32,000 nucleotides of DNA from NCBI GenBank assembly GCA_963692945.1, contig OY843585.1:480001-512000 (forward strand), read 5' to 3'. Made by a program: the position numbers and the translations under genes. Positions 8,091 through 17,883 of the stretch are shown one piece after another (position 1 is the stretch's first letter; each line of letters starts with the position of its first letter). A model generated the notes under the pieces. That model saw only the letters and a program-made list of their open reading frames with translations. It did no database searches and was not told where the DNA came from. This DNA is from Bdellovibrionales bacterium (lineage in GTDB: Bacteria > Bdellovibrionota > Bdellovibrionia > Bdellovibrionales > UBA1609).

Positions 8091-9100
8091 TGATTTGGTC
8101 TTTTTCATCGGCTTTATTTCTTTTTATACCTTTATGTTTGCTTGTTTTGTATATGATTTTTTTTCAAAGTAAGAAGAAAGCTTCTTTTCGTTATAGTTTT
8201 TTAAATCTTTTTCCTAAAAATTATTTTTCTATAAGAGTGTTTCTTTCTCCTGTTCCTCATTTGTTAAAAGTTTTATCTTTAGTTTTTTTGATTATAGCTC
8301 TTGCTCGTCCACAAAGTGTTGAAGAAAGATCGGAACAAAATGTAAAGGGTATAGATATTATGATAGTTATGGATATTTCATTAAGCATGCTTTTAAAAGA
8401 CATGGGAGGTGGTTTAACAAGATTAGAATCGGCTAAACAGGTGGTCTCTCGTTTTGTGAAAGGGAGAATTTCAGATCGTATTGGATTGATTGTTTTTTCA
8501 GGAGGGTCTTTTACAAAAGTGCCTTTAACTTTAGATTATGATCTTGTTTTGAAAAGTCTCTCAGAAGTAAAAACGATCTCTACTATCAAGCAGGGGACGG
8601 CAATAGGTGTTGCTTTAGCCAATGCTTTAGTGAGATTGAAACATTCTTCACAAGAGAGTCGAGTGATAGTGTTTTTAACAGATGGAGACAACAATGCAGG
8701 TTTTATTGATCCTGAAACGGCTGTAAAAATGGTTCGTAAAAATAAAATAAAGATCTACACTATTGGTTTAGGAAGTATGAGTGGAGATAATACGGTTGTT
8801 TTGGAAGATGTTGATAGATATGGAAGAAAAATAAAACAACGAGCTCGTATAAATAATTATATCAATAAAGATCTTATGAAAAAAATGGCTAAAGAAACAA
8901 AGGGAGAATTTTTCATGGCTAAAAGTTTGACAAGTCTAAAAAATATTTTTGACCGTATTGATAAATTAGAAAAGCAAGAGATTAAAATTCATAAATGGAT
9001 AGAGTATGAAGAGCATTTCCCTTATTTTTTAAAAATAGGAATCTTTTTGTATTTTTTATCTCTTGTCTTATCTATAACGGTATTTTTTAGGGGAGTGTAG
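8090..9100 (+). CDS. batA: BatA-like von Willebrand factor A membrane protein
   Basis: N-terminal TM helices then RPQ, MIDAS DISLSM, and TDGDNN. TAATG overlap with the upstream gene. Confidence 0.8.
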   Translation: MIWSFSSALFLFIPLCLLVLYMIFFQSKKKASFRYSFLNLFPKNYFSIRVFLSPVPHLLKVLSLVFLIIALARPQSVEERSEQNVKGIDIMIVMDISLSMLLKDMGGGLTRLESAKQVVSRFVKGRISDRIGLIVFSGGSFTKVPLTLDYDLVLKSLSEVKTISTIKQGTAIGVALANALVRLKHSSQESRVIVFLTDGDNNAGFIDPETAVKMVRKNKIKIYTIGLGSMSGDNTVVLEDVDRYGRKIKQRARINNYINKDLMKKMAKETKGEFFMAKSLTSLKNIFDRIDKLEKQEIKIHKWIEYEEHFPYFLKIGIFLYFLSLVLSITVFFRGV

Positions 9101-9106
9101 ATTTCT

Positions 9107-10135
9107 ATGTTTTTTTATCAAGCAGAATATTTATCTTGGATATTGGTTCTAGTCTTTTTAGTTTTGATCTATATGGCTCAAGTTCAAATAAGAAATAAAC
9201 GAGTTCAAAAATGGTTAGGGAAGCAACAGTTTTTTTTAAGAGAGCTTATTTCAGAAAAAAAACGACATTTAAAAATAGGGTTACAAGTGTTAGCTCTTTT
9301 ATTTTTTATAATTGCTTTTGCTCGTCCTCAAAAGCATGGAGAAAAAATAGATATGCAAACGGCTGGTGTGTATATTGCTTTAATGGCTGATGTTTCTCAA
9401 AGTATGTTGGCTGAAGATGTAAAACCTAGTCGGTTGGCTTTTATGAAACAAGAGTTGGGTCGTTTTTTAGATCTATCACGAGGAGATCAAGTGGCTCTTA
9501 TAGCTTTTGCTCATTCGGCTGTTTTGGTTTCTCCATTCACTCAAGATTTACTTGCTGTCAAATCTTACCTAAAAGACTTAACATCAGATTATTTTACCAA
9601 TCAGGGGACTCATTTTGGTAAGGCATTTGATTTTGCAGGAAAAACTTTTCAAAGAATCCGAGAGAAAAAAAATCAAACAGCTGTAAAAGTTTTGATTGTA
9701 GCTTCAGATGGAGAAGATTTTTCTAATACAAGTAAAAATCAAATTAAAAAGTTACTAGAACAAAAGATAAGAGTTTTTACTTTGTCTTTTGGAACTTCAA
9801 AAGGAGGCCTTATTCCTATTAAGGATGATAAGGGGGAAGTGTTAGAGTATAAAAAAGATTTAGAAGGTAAAGTTGTCATTAGTAAATTGAATAATAAAGA
9901 TCTCAAAAATTTTGCTCGATTGGGTAAGGGGGCTTATTACCATGTAACTTATGGAGGAGGAGCTATCAAAAAATTAAGATTAAACATAAATCAATTAGAA
10001 AAAACAGTTTTTGAAACCTCTTCTTTTGTTAAAAATAAAGAAATTTATTTTTGGTTTTTAATCTTAGGTTTAATATTTGCTGTTTTTGAAGTTTTGTTGA
10101 GTGATCGTTCTTTTAAAACAAAAGGTGATAATTGA
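9107..10135 (+). CDS. batB: BatB-like von Willebrand factor A membrane protein
   Basis: Same architecture as BatA: ARPQ, MIDAS ADVSQSM, ASDGED, and a C-terminal TM helix. Confidence 0.8.
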   Translation: MFFYQAEYLSWILVLVFLVLIYMAQVQIRNKRVQKWLGKQQFFLRELISEKKRHLKIGLQVLALLFFIIAFARPQKHGEKIDMQTAGVYIALMADVSQSMLAEDVKPSRLAFMKQELGRFLDLSRGDQVALIAFAHSAVLVSPFTQDLLAVKSYLKDLTSDYFTNQGTHFGKAFDFAGKTFQRIREKKNQTAVKVLIVASDGEDFSNTSKNQIKKLLEQKIRVFTLSFGTSKGGLIPIKDDKGEVLEYKKDLEGKVVISKLNNKDLKNFARLGKGAYYHVTYGGGAIKKLRLNINQLEKTVFETSSFVKNKEIYFWFLILGLIFAVFEVLLSDRSFKTKGDN

Positions 10136-10962
10136 TGAAGTTAGATGCTAAAAAGGACTTTAGGAAAAGTTTTTACTTATCTATTTGGGATTTTGGACTC
10201 TTTTTAATTCCTATTTTAATGTCTTGTCTATTGATGGTTTTTTATTTTAATATTTTATTTCAACATTCTAACTCTGAAGGAGTAAAATCTCTTAAGAACA
10301 AGGATTTTAATTCAGCTGTTCAGTCCTTTTCTCAAGCGGTAGAAGAAGAACCTTTAAATGCTTGGGTTCATCTCAACTTATCTCTCACTTATGATTTGCT
10401 GAACAATCCTTTAAAATCTTTACAAATTTATAAATTAGTTTCTTCTCAGTTTATAAATCATCCTCAATTTTTTTCTTATTTTAATCAAGCTGAATTGAAT
10501 GGTCGTTTGGGTTTTTTAGATAAAGCTCTTGAAAATTATCAGAAGGCTTTAGACTTTAAGTATAAGGAGAAAGAAATTAAAGAAAATATAGAACTTTTAT
10601 TTCAAAACAATAAAAATAAAAAAGATTCAAAAGATAAAGAAGATAAAAGCAAAGACAAAAAATCGTCAGGAAAAGATCAAGGAGGTCAGAAAGGAAAATC
10701 AGATCAGGAAGAAGAAAAAGATTCCTCAAAAAAAGAAGCGAATCAAGGGGAAGAAAATCACGGAGAAAAAAATGTTGAAAAAGAAAACAAAAAGGAACAG
10801 GATAAAAATCAAGGTCAGGAGGGGCAGCAAAGACCTGATGACTTAAAAAAAGAGCAAGAAAAAGCAATATTAAAAGCGATAGAGCGACAAGAGGGAGAAA
10901 ATCGGGCAAAAGCCTTTAAAAGAAAAAATCAGCATGGAGACAAAACAAAAAAGGATTGGTAG
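10135..10962 (+). CDS. batC: BatC-like TPR protein with long K/E/D/Q-rich low-complexity tail
   Basis: The ATG at 10135 overlaps the batB stop (TGATG); the track lists TTG at 10132. N-terminal TM helix and TPR-like helices (AWVHLNLSLTYDLL, ALENYQKALDF). The charged tail runs from about nt 10600. Confidence 0.65.
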   Translation: MKLDAKKDFRKSFYLSIWDFGLFLIPILMSCLLMVFYFNILFQHSNSEGVKSLKNKDFNSAVQSFSQAVEEEPLNAWVHLNLSLTYDLLNNPLKSLQIYKLVSSQFINHPQFFSYFNQAELNGRLGFLDKALENYQKALDFKYKEKEIKENIELLFQNNKNKKDSKDKEDKSKDKKSSGKDQGGQKGKSDQEEEKDSSKKEANQGEENHGEKNVEKENKKEQDKNQGQEGQQRPDDLKKEQEKAILKAIERQEGENRAKAFKRKNQHGDKTKKDW

Positions 10963-12777
10963 TTGAAAATTTTTAATATTTTTTTTCTTATTTTTATCAG
11001 TTTGGCTTCTGTCGCTCAAAAAGTTACAGTGTCTGCTAAAACAGATCGTACGCAAGTTTCTCTCAATGGATTTTTTACTTTTACAATAACAATACAATAT
11101 GAAGGGAGAAAACCTAAGAACTTACAAATGCCTCATGTATCGGAACTGACAAACTTTGTTGTTTTAGATCAATGGTCAGGGTCTCAAAGTTCTGTCAGTA
11201 TTGTTAATGGTCGTATGGAAAAGACTCAATCCTTAGCTTACAACTATCGGTTGCAAGCTCAAAAAAAGGGAACTTTAAAAATTAAATCTTTAGAAGTAAA
11301 AGTAAATGGGAAAGTTTATAAGACAGAACCTATAATGATGGTAGTGACTAAAAAACAAAATCAAGCTCCTCCCTCTTCTTCTCCAAGGTCTCTATTTCCA
11401 AAAAACTTTTCTGGTATAGATCCCTTTTTTGATTCCTTTTTTAACAATACAAATATTTTCCCTGAACCACTCAACGCAAAACAATCTGTTAAATTAAAAG
11501 TGGATTTAAGTAAAAAGACGGCTTATGTTGGTGAAGCAGTCAAAGCCAATTGGATTTTATTAGTCAGTTCAGGAAATGTTCATTATGAAATTCAAAAAAA
11601 TCCGAAATTACAAGGCTTTTGGAAAGAAGGAGTGGCATCAAATCCTCACGGTCAATTTTTAGGAACATCTATTATAGATAATGTTCTTTACCGTAAAACA
11701 CTTGTTGATTCTATGATTTTATTTCCTTTAAGAAGAGGGAAATTAAAAGTTGATTCTTATGTTTTAAAAGTGAGATCTGTGTTTGGTTTTAATTCTCGGT
11801 CAAAAAATAAAACAACTCCTTCTCAAATCATTACAGTAAAACCTTTACCTTTAGCAGGAAAGAAAAATTTTACAGGAGCGGTTGGAACTTTTAAAGTGAC
11901 GGCTTCTCTCAAGGAAAAAAAAGGCAAAGTGAATGAACCTCTTTCTTATACTGTTAAGTTTGAAGGAGACGGCCATCCTCAGTTTATTAAGTTACCAAAA
12001 ATTCCTTTTCCTGATACTGTCAAAACCTATAATCCTGTAGAAAAATCAAAGTTTAACTCAAATGGTAAAAACTTTAAAAATTATGAAATTATTTTTATAC
12101 CTAAAGTTCAAGGTCAAATTGTTATTCCTGCTTTTCAAGTGAGCACTTTTGATCCTAAACAAGGTGTTTATATTTATCATCAAATCCCTTCTTTTCAAAT
12201 TAAGGTGGGACAAGGGAATCAAAAGGTGGAAGAAGAACTTCATTTTTTTGATAATGAAAAACAAACGAGTGAAGGGACAGATGAACTGCAACCTCTGCAA
12301 CCCATGGTTTGGCCTTTCTTTTTAAACCATAAATTTCTTATGCGATGTTGGTTGTTTTTTTACACCAGTTTGTCTCTTCTCTTTTTACTATTGGTTCTTT
12401 GGCCTTTAAGGCATAGAAAAAAAACAGTTAAAGAAAAACTTAAAAATGGATTGAGACAGGTAGAAAGTCTTATAGGTAATAAAAAATGGAAGCCTTCTTC
12501 TGTAAAATTGATTTCTTTGGTGTATTTGGTGTTGTATCAGTTTGATACGAAAAACATTTCTACGGATTGGTTGGAGCTTGTTAAAAAGTTACCCCCTAGT
12601 TTGTATGAGAAATATGGTCTTTCTTTAATACAAATTATGAGAAGTCTTGAAAAATTAAGTTTTGCACAAAAAACATTATCTGATGAGCAAGCTTTAGAAA
12701 AGGTTAAAGATTTGTATCAACGAACAGAAAAACTTTTAGTTGAATTGCTTTATACGAGTGGTAGAAAAAATCTTTAA
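10963..12777 (+). CDS. batD: BatD-like (oxygen-tolerance family) protein
   Basis: TTG start directly after the batC stop. Signal peptide, a long beta-rich ectodomain, and a C-terminal TM helix (WLFFYTSLSLLFLLLVLWPL). Its position after batC matches canonical bat operons. Confidence 0.7.
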   Translation: MKIFNIFFLIFISLASVAQKVTVSAKTDRTQVSLNGFFTFTITIQYEGRKPKNLQMPHVSELTNFVVLDQWSGSQSSVSIVNGRMEKTQSLAYNYRLQAQKKGTLKIKSLEVKVNGKVYKTEPIMMVVTKKQNQAPPSSSPRSLFPKNFSGIDPFFDSFFNNTNIFPEPLNAKQSVKLKVDLSKKTAYVGEAVKANWILLVSSGNVHYEIQKNPKLQGFWKEGVASNPHGQFLGTSIIDNVLYRKTLVDSMILFPLRRGKLKVDSYVLKVRSVFGFNSRSKNKTTPSQIITVKPLPLAGKKNFTGAVGTFKVTASLKEKKGKVNEPLSYTVKFEGDGHPQFIKLPKIPFPDTVKTYNPVEKSKFNSNGKNFKNYEIIFIPKVQGQIVIPAFQVSTFDPKQGVYIYHQIPSFQIKVGQGNQKVEEELHFFDNEKQTSEGTDELQPLQPMVWPFFLNHKFLMRCWLFFYTSLSLLFLLLVLWPLRHRKKTVKEKLKNGLRQVESLIGNKKWKPSSVKLISLVYLVLYQFDTKNISTDWLELVKKLPPSLYEKYGLSLIQIMRSLEKLSFAQKTLSDEQALEKVKDLYQRTEKLLVELLYTSGRKNL

Positions 12778-12889
12778 AAAATGGATTTTAAAGAAAGTTG
12801 TAATTTTTATATATAAGGTATAATTTTTTTCTATTTAGTAAAAAAAGTCTTGAATATTTTCCAAAGATTTCTTAAGCTCTTTATAAGAG

Positions 12890-12908
12890 CCAGCTCAAGG
12901 AGAGCTGG
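12890..12908. other. GC-rich hairpin CCAGCTC-aagga-GAGCTGG in the batD/mltD intergenic region
   Basis: 7-bp stem and 5-nt loop, read directly. No adjacent T-tract on either strand, so a terminator role is uncertain. Confidence 0.3.
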
Positions 12909-12998
12909 TATTAAGGTGTGTTTATTTTAAAATAGGCTTGGTTATTAAACCAAAAAGAGAAAAAAGACGATAACGATAATATTATAGGGCTTTTGAGT

Positions 12999-14492
12999 AT
13001 GCGTATTTTTATTTTTTTATTATTTTTATCTTGTCTTTTGTCTTGTAGTCATTTAGCTGAAGAAGGTTTTCAGGGAAACAATCATAGTATTCCTAATATC
13101 TCTCATTTTGATCTTCCCACTTCTGTTTCTTACAAAAAAATGAAGGAAGAGTATCAAAGCTCTTATGGTGAAGTGTCTTTAGATGATCATCATCAGGTGG
13201 ATAAATGGATGACTTATTTTACGGGTCGTGGTCGTAATATAATGAGGACTTATTTAGAACGTTCTTCTCGCTATCTTCCTATTATGAAAAATGTAATGAG
13301 AGAGGCGGATCTTCCAGAAGATTTAGTTTATGTGGCTTTGATTGAATCGGGTTTTAGTCCTGCAGCCCATAGTCGTTCCAATGCTGTGGGTTACTGGCAG
13401 TTTATTCATGGAACGGGAAAAAGATACGGTTTAAGAATTGATGGTTTTGTAGATGAGAGACGAGACCCTGTTTTATCAACTCGTGCAGCGGTGGAATATT
13501 TTAAAGATCTCTATAAACTTTTTGGCTCTTGGCATTTGGCTTTATCTGCTTACAATGCTGGGGAGTATAGAGTGAACCGATCTGTTTTAAAACATTACAA
13601 TCGTAATTTTTGGTATTTAATTTCTAAGCGAGCTTTACCTAGGGAAACAAGAAACTATGTGCCTAAGTTTATTGCTGCTGTTCGTATTGCTAAAAATCCA
13701 AAAAAGTATGGTTTTTACAATATTAATTATCAAGAACCTCTTAATTATGACATTTTATCTATTTCAAAATCTATTAGTTTAAAAAAGTTATCTGGTCATT
13801 TAGATATACCCTATAAAAAGTTGAAACAATTAAATCCTATGTATAAAGGAGAGTATGTTCCTATTTATAATAATAAAACCATTGTAAGATTGCCAGCAGG
13901 TGTTTCAAGAGTCTCTCAAAAGTTGATAGCCAAGTCTTATATGGTTCAACCAAAAAATGGTTATCATCATTATTATTGGTATAGGGTGAGAAGAGGAGAT
14001 ACTCTCTATAGAATTGCTCGTAGAAATAAAACAAATATTTCTAGTTTAAGACGCTCTAATAATCTTGGCAGAAGATCTTTAATTAGGATTGGACAAAAAT
14101 TAAAGATACCATCCAGGACTTTGGTCAGCTCCAGAAGGCTCGCTTCTTCTAAAAAAACAAGTAAGAATTTTTATATTGTGAGGAAGGGAGATAGTTTATC
14201 TCGTATTGCTAAAAAACATAAATTAACAGTTTCTCAAATAAGATCTTTTAATAATTTAACAAGGTCTTCAATGATACATCCCAAGCAAAGACTTAGATTA
14301 AAAAGAAAAGTGAGTCGTCCCAATAGAAAATTAGCAAGTGCTTCAAAATTACATCATATTGTGATTCGAGGAGACACTTTAATTAGTATTGCCAAGAAAT
14401 ATAAAGTAGGGCTTACCGATCTTATGCGAGCCAACTCTATGACTTTCAAATCTATCCTTCTTACAGGAAGCCGATTGATAATTCCTAAGTGA
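12999..14492 (+). CDS. mltD: membrane-bound lytic murein transglycosylase D-like lipoprotein (SLT domain plus three LysM)
   Basis: Lipobox LLSC. SLT catalytic context ALIESGFSP...AVGYWQF. Three LysM-like repeats (YRVRRGDTLYRIA, YIVRKGDSLSRIA, HIVIRGDTLISIA). ATG at 12999 is preferred to TTG at 12993. Confidence 0.85.
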   Translation: MRIFIFLLFLSCLLSCSHLAEEGFQGNNHSIPNISHFDLPTSVSYKKMKEEYQSSYGEVSLDDHHQVDKWMTYFTGRGRNIMRTYLERSSRYLPIMKNVMREADLPEDLVYVALIESGFSPAAHSRSNAVGYWQFIHGTGKRYGLRIDGFVDERRDPVLSTRAAVEYFKDLYKLFGSWHLALSAYNAGEYRVNRSVLKHYNRNFWYLISKRALPRETRNYVPKFIAAVRIAKNPKKYGFYNINYQEPLNYDILSISKSISLKKLSGHLDIPYKKLKQLNPMYKGEYVPIYNNKTIVRLPAGVSRVSQKLIAKSYMVQPKNGYHHYYWYRVRRGDTLYRIARRNKTNISSLRRSNNLGRRSLIRIGQKLKIPSRTLVSSRRLASSKKTSKNFYIVRKGDSLSRIAKKHKLTVSQIRSFNNLTRSSMIHPKQRLRLKRKVSRPNRKLASASKLHHIVIRGDTLISIAKKYKVGLTDLMRANSMTFKSILLTGSRLIIPK

Positions 14493-14548
14493 TTTTTTGT
14501 CTGGTTCAGACTTGACATTTTTATCTAAAATATACAAATTAGCATATA

Positions 14549-15472
14549 ATGATTACGGCTAAGAATTTAACTAAAAATTATGGTTATCGTAAGGCTATCT
14601 CTAATGTGTCCTTTAATGTTAATAAAGGTGAGATTGTTGGTTTTCTAGGTCCTAATGGGGCAGGAAAGACAACAACAATGAAAATACTAACAGGTTACAT
14701 GGCCCCCACTAGAGGAGATGTGTCCATTGATGGTATTGATATTTTTGAAGAGCCTGTTCTTGCTAAAAGGAAATTAGGTTATTTGCCAGAAGTTCCTCCT
14801 GTTTATGGAGATATGTATGTTGAAAACTATTTAAGATACGTTGCTCATTTAAAGTTATGTGAACCTAAAAAAATTAAAAATTTAGTGAATTTATCTATGG
14901 AAAAGACAGGTCTTGTTGATGTCCGTTCAAGACTTATACAAAATCTTTCAAAAGGTTTTAGGCAAAGAGTTGGTTTGGCTCAAGCTTTAGTGTCTGACCC
15001 AGAAATACTTATTTTAGATGAACCAACAGTGGGTTTAGATCCTAAACAAGTGATTGAAATGAGAGAGTTATTGGCTCAATTAAAGGGGCAACATACAATC
15101 ATTTTATCCACCCATATTTTACCAGAAGTTCAAATGAGTTGTGAGAGAGTGATTATTATCAATGACGGCGAAATTGTAACTCAAGATAGTTTAGAAGGTT
15201 TAAGTCGTAAGATGGCTGCAAAAAGCCAAATTTTTGTGAAAGTTAAAAGACTTTCAGAAGAGCTTATCAATAAACTAAAAAGTGTAAAAGGTGTATTGGA
15301 TCTTAGAAAAAAACAAGAGGGTGTAGAGATAGATGTTTCTCCAGAAGAAAATATAAATGAAGATATTGCAAAATCTGTTATTTCTGGAGGTTATGGTTTG
15401 TTGGAAATTAAAAATACCAATTTTGATTTAGAGGATGTGTTTATTAGTTTAACTAATAAACAAAAGAAATAA
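14549..15472 (+). CDS. ABC transporter ATP-binding protein (GldA-like)
   Basis: Walker A GPNGAGKTT, signature LSKGFRQR, Walker B ILILDEP. Confidence 0.9.
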   Translation: MITAKNLTKNYGYRKAISNVSFNVNKGEIVGFLGPNGAGKTTTMKILTGYMAPTRGDVSIDGIDIFEEPVLAKRKLGYLPEVPPVYGDMYVENYLRYVAHLKLCEPKKIKNLVNLSMEKTGLVDVRSRLIQNLSKGFRQRVGLAQALVSDPEILILDEPTVGLDPKQVIEMRELLAQLKGQHTIILSTHILPEVQMSCERVIIINDGEIVTQDSLEGLSRKMAAKSQIFVKVKRLSEELINKLKSVKGVLDLRKKQEGVEIDVSPEENINEDIAKSVISGGYGLLEIKNTNFDLEDVFISLTNKQKK

Positions 15473-15474
15473 AT

Positions 15475-16278
15475 ATGAAGGATTTTTTTACAGATATAAA
15501 AATGTTTTTCAGACAATCTAAAGTGATAGGTGTTAGAGATTTCTGGCAATTGCTTATGAGTCCTTTGTTTTATGTTTTTGTAGGTCTTTCCTGTATTTTT
15601 TTAAGTTATGTTTTTCCTAGGGATTTATTCCGTTTTGCTAGCTCTTACATTGTTCCTGCTTTTCAACAGGGGATGAATCAAGAGCGTAATATTCATTTTG
15701 AAGTTTTTGTTTCTCATATATCTTATATCAATTTAATATTTCTTTTTTGTGTTCCTGTTTTAGCTATGAAACTTTTATCCGAAGAGAAAAAAAATCGTAC
15801 CTATGATTTATTGATGACAGCACCTGTTTCTACTTTACAAATCGTGATGGGGAAATATGTAGCTCTTCTCTCCATTTTAACTATCTTTTTGTTGATAACT
15901 TTAATTTACCCATTATCCACAGCTTTTTTAACAGACATTCCAGCGGGACCTTTACTATCCTCTTACATTGGACTTTTCTTACTTACAGCTGTGTATGCTT
16001 CTATAGGTTTATTTACATCTTCTTTAACAAGTTCCTTATTTTTGAGTGTATTTATAGGTATCATTTTGAATATTTCTCTATGGTTTATTTCTCAAGGACA
16101 AGAATTTTCAAACCCTATTTTAACATCGGTTATGGAGTATCTTTCTTTATCTCAACATCTTACTAATTTTATTAAAGGGAGTTTAGTTATTAACTCTTTT
16201 ACTTTCTTTTTTAGTTTTATTGTTTTCTTTTTATTTCTTGTTTACAAAGTGATTGAATTTTCTAGATGGAGATCTTAA
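15475..16278 (+). CDS. ABC-2 type permease (GldF-like)
   Basis: About six hydrophobic helices. It lies immediately downstream of the ATPase. Confidence 0.75.
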   Translation: MKDFFTDIKMFFRQSKVIGVRDFWQLLMSPLFYVFVGLSCIFLSYVFPRDLFRFASSYIVPAFQQGMNQERNIHFEVFVSHISYINLIFLFCVPVLAMKLLSEEKKNRTYDLLMTAPVSTLQIVMGKYVALLSILTIFLLITLIYPLSTAFLTDIPAGPLLSSYIGLFLLTAVYASIGLFTSSLTSSLFLSVFIGIILNISLWFISQGQEFSNPILTSVMEYLSLSQHLTNFIKGSLVINSFTFFFSFIVFFLFLVYKVIEFSRWRS

Positions 16279-17883
16279 ATGAGTACTTGGGGTAAGTTAG
16301 GTCTTTTATTAAGTGGATTTTGTTTGATTGTGATGGCAGGGAGTCGCTCTGTTTTAGGAGTTTGGCATCCTTTCCTCTATGGGTTTTTAGCTTTATTTAT
16401 TGTAGGGCTTCTTGTTTCTTTAATTATAGACTATAAGTTTTATTTAGATTTTTTATCTATGAGGACAACCAAAAATGGTTTGAGTCTTGGTTGGTCTTTA
16501 ATATTGCTTCTTATTTTATTGGTAGCGTTTGGGTATTTAGGCAATCGGTTCAATAAGTCTTTTGACTTAACAGAAGAGGGTATTAACTCTTTAGCAATTC
16601 AAACAAAACAAGCTTTAGATAATTTAGAGGAAGAATTAAAAATATATGTTTTTTACAAAGGAGAAAAAATCTCTCAACAAACAATAGCATCCAAACAACT
16701 TTTGAAAGACAATTTATTTCTTTATAAACAAGAATCTTCAAAAGTTAAGGTGTTGTATATTGATACTTATAAAAACAATCTTCTATCTGAGAAGTTTCTA
16801 AACAATCTTTCTGATAAAAACAATAAAGAGATTTTTGTTTTTATAGAGTATGCAAATCGTAGAGTTAGAGCCGATGAACCTTTTACAGAGCAAAGTTTAA
16901 CTTCTGCTATGATTAAAGCAAAGAAAAGAGAGACAAAGGAAATTTATTTTGTAGTCGGTCATGGTGAAAGAAATTTAAAAGGGGAGCAACCCGATGGTGT
17001 AAAAGCTTTTGAACAGTATTTAAAAGATTCAGGTTTTATTTTGAAGGAATGGAGTTTTGTTCAAGATGGAGTTCCAACAAGAAATCCTCCTTTAGTCCTT
17101 GTTATAGGTCCGAGTCGTCCTTTTTTAAAGGCTGAACTCAATTGGTTTAAAAAGTATTTATCAGAGGAAGGTCGTCTTATTTTTGCGATTGATCCTAAAG
17201 AAAAACACAATTTAAGAAATTTTTTAAAAGAGTATGGTGTGGTTTTTAAAGATGGGTTTATTGTGAGCCAAATAGGGATGATCTATGGAGGAGTTACAAA
17301 AGCTTTAGGAGTTAGTTTTGATAGTATGAACTCTATCACGAAACGTTTTTCTTCTGGTAAAGATGTTGCCTTTTTTGAAAGAGCCAGTCCTTTAGATATT
17401 TTACCAGAGGCTTTTAATAAATTTAAATACTCTTATCTTATTCGCAGTCATAATAAAAGTTTTTCTGTTCCTCAATTAAGTAAAAAAATTAAAGTTACAA
17501 AATTTGAATCTTTAACTATGGCTTTAGAGGTTCGTCCTAAAGAAGATGGTCACGAAGGAGAAAGTGAAGAAGAACATAAAGGGCATGGACATGAAAAGGA
17601 TCAGGACTCAGAAGAGGGGTTTCGTCTTGCTGTCTTTGGAGATAGTGATTTTGTGAGTAATCGTTATTTTTATGAAGGTATCAATAGAGATTTGATTTTA
17701 AACACAGTGGTTTCTTTTTTAGGAGAAGAAGATTTGGTGACCATACGGCCTAAGCAACCTAAAGGTACAAAAGTAGATTTAACTCGTGTTCATAGAATGG
17801 GTATTGTTTTTTTAATGATAACTCTTCCTCTTGTTTTTCTTATAGTGAGCTTGCTTTTATGGTATCGTAGGAGAGAGGCGTGA
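16279..17883 (+). CDS. GldG-like ABC-transport auxiliary protein
   Basis: N- and C-terminal TM helices flank a large ectodomain. VVGHGE and FGDSDF motifs as remembered for the GldG/ABC_transp_aux family. A His/Glu-rich insert is encoded at about 17539-17616. Confidence 0.7.
   Translation: MSTWGKLGLLLSGFCLIVMAGSRSVLGVWHPFLYGFLALFIVGLLVSLIIDYKFYLDFLSMRTTKNGLSLGWSLILLLILLVAFGYLGNRFNKSFDLTEEGINSLAIQTKQALDNLEEELKIYVFYKGEKISQQTIASKQLLKDNLFLYKQESSKVKVLYIDTYKNNLLSEKFLNNLSDKNNKEIFVFIEYANRRVRADEPFTEQSLTSAMIKAKKRETKEIYFVVGHGERNLKGEQPDGVKAFEQYLKDSGFILKEWSFVQDGVPTRNPPLVLVIGPSRPFLKAELNWFKKYLSEEGRLIFAIDPKEKHNLRNFLKEYGVVFKDGFIVSQIGMIYGGVTKALGVSFDSMNSITKRFSSGKDVAFFERASPLDILPEAFNKFKYSYLIRSHNKSFSVPQLSKKIKVTKFESLTMALEVRPKEDGHEGESEEEHKGHGHEKDQDSEEGFRLAVFGDSDFVSNRYFYEGINRDLILNTVVSFLGEEDLVTIRPKQPKGTKVDLTRVHRMGIVFLMITLPLVFLIVSLLLWYRRREA

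Noticed and set aside
10577-11097. Minus-strand ORFs 10577-10909 and 10870-11097
   Set aside because: They are antisense to the batC low-complexity tail and the batD start. The purine-rich repeat on the coding strand trivially keeps the opposite strand open.
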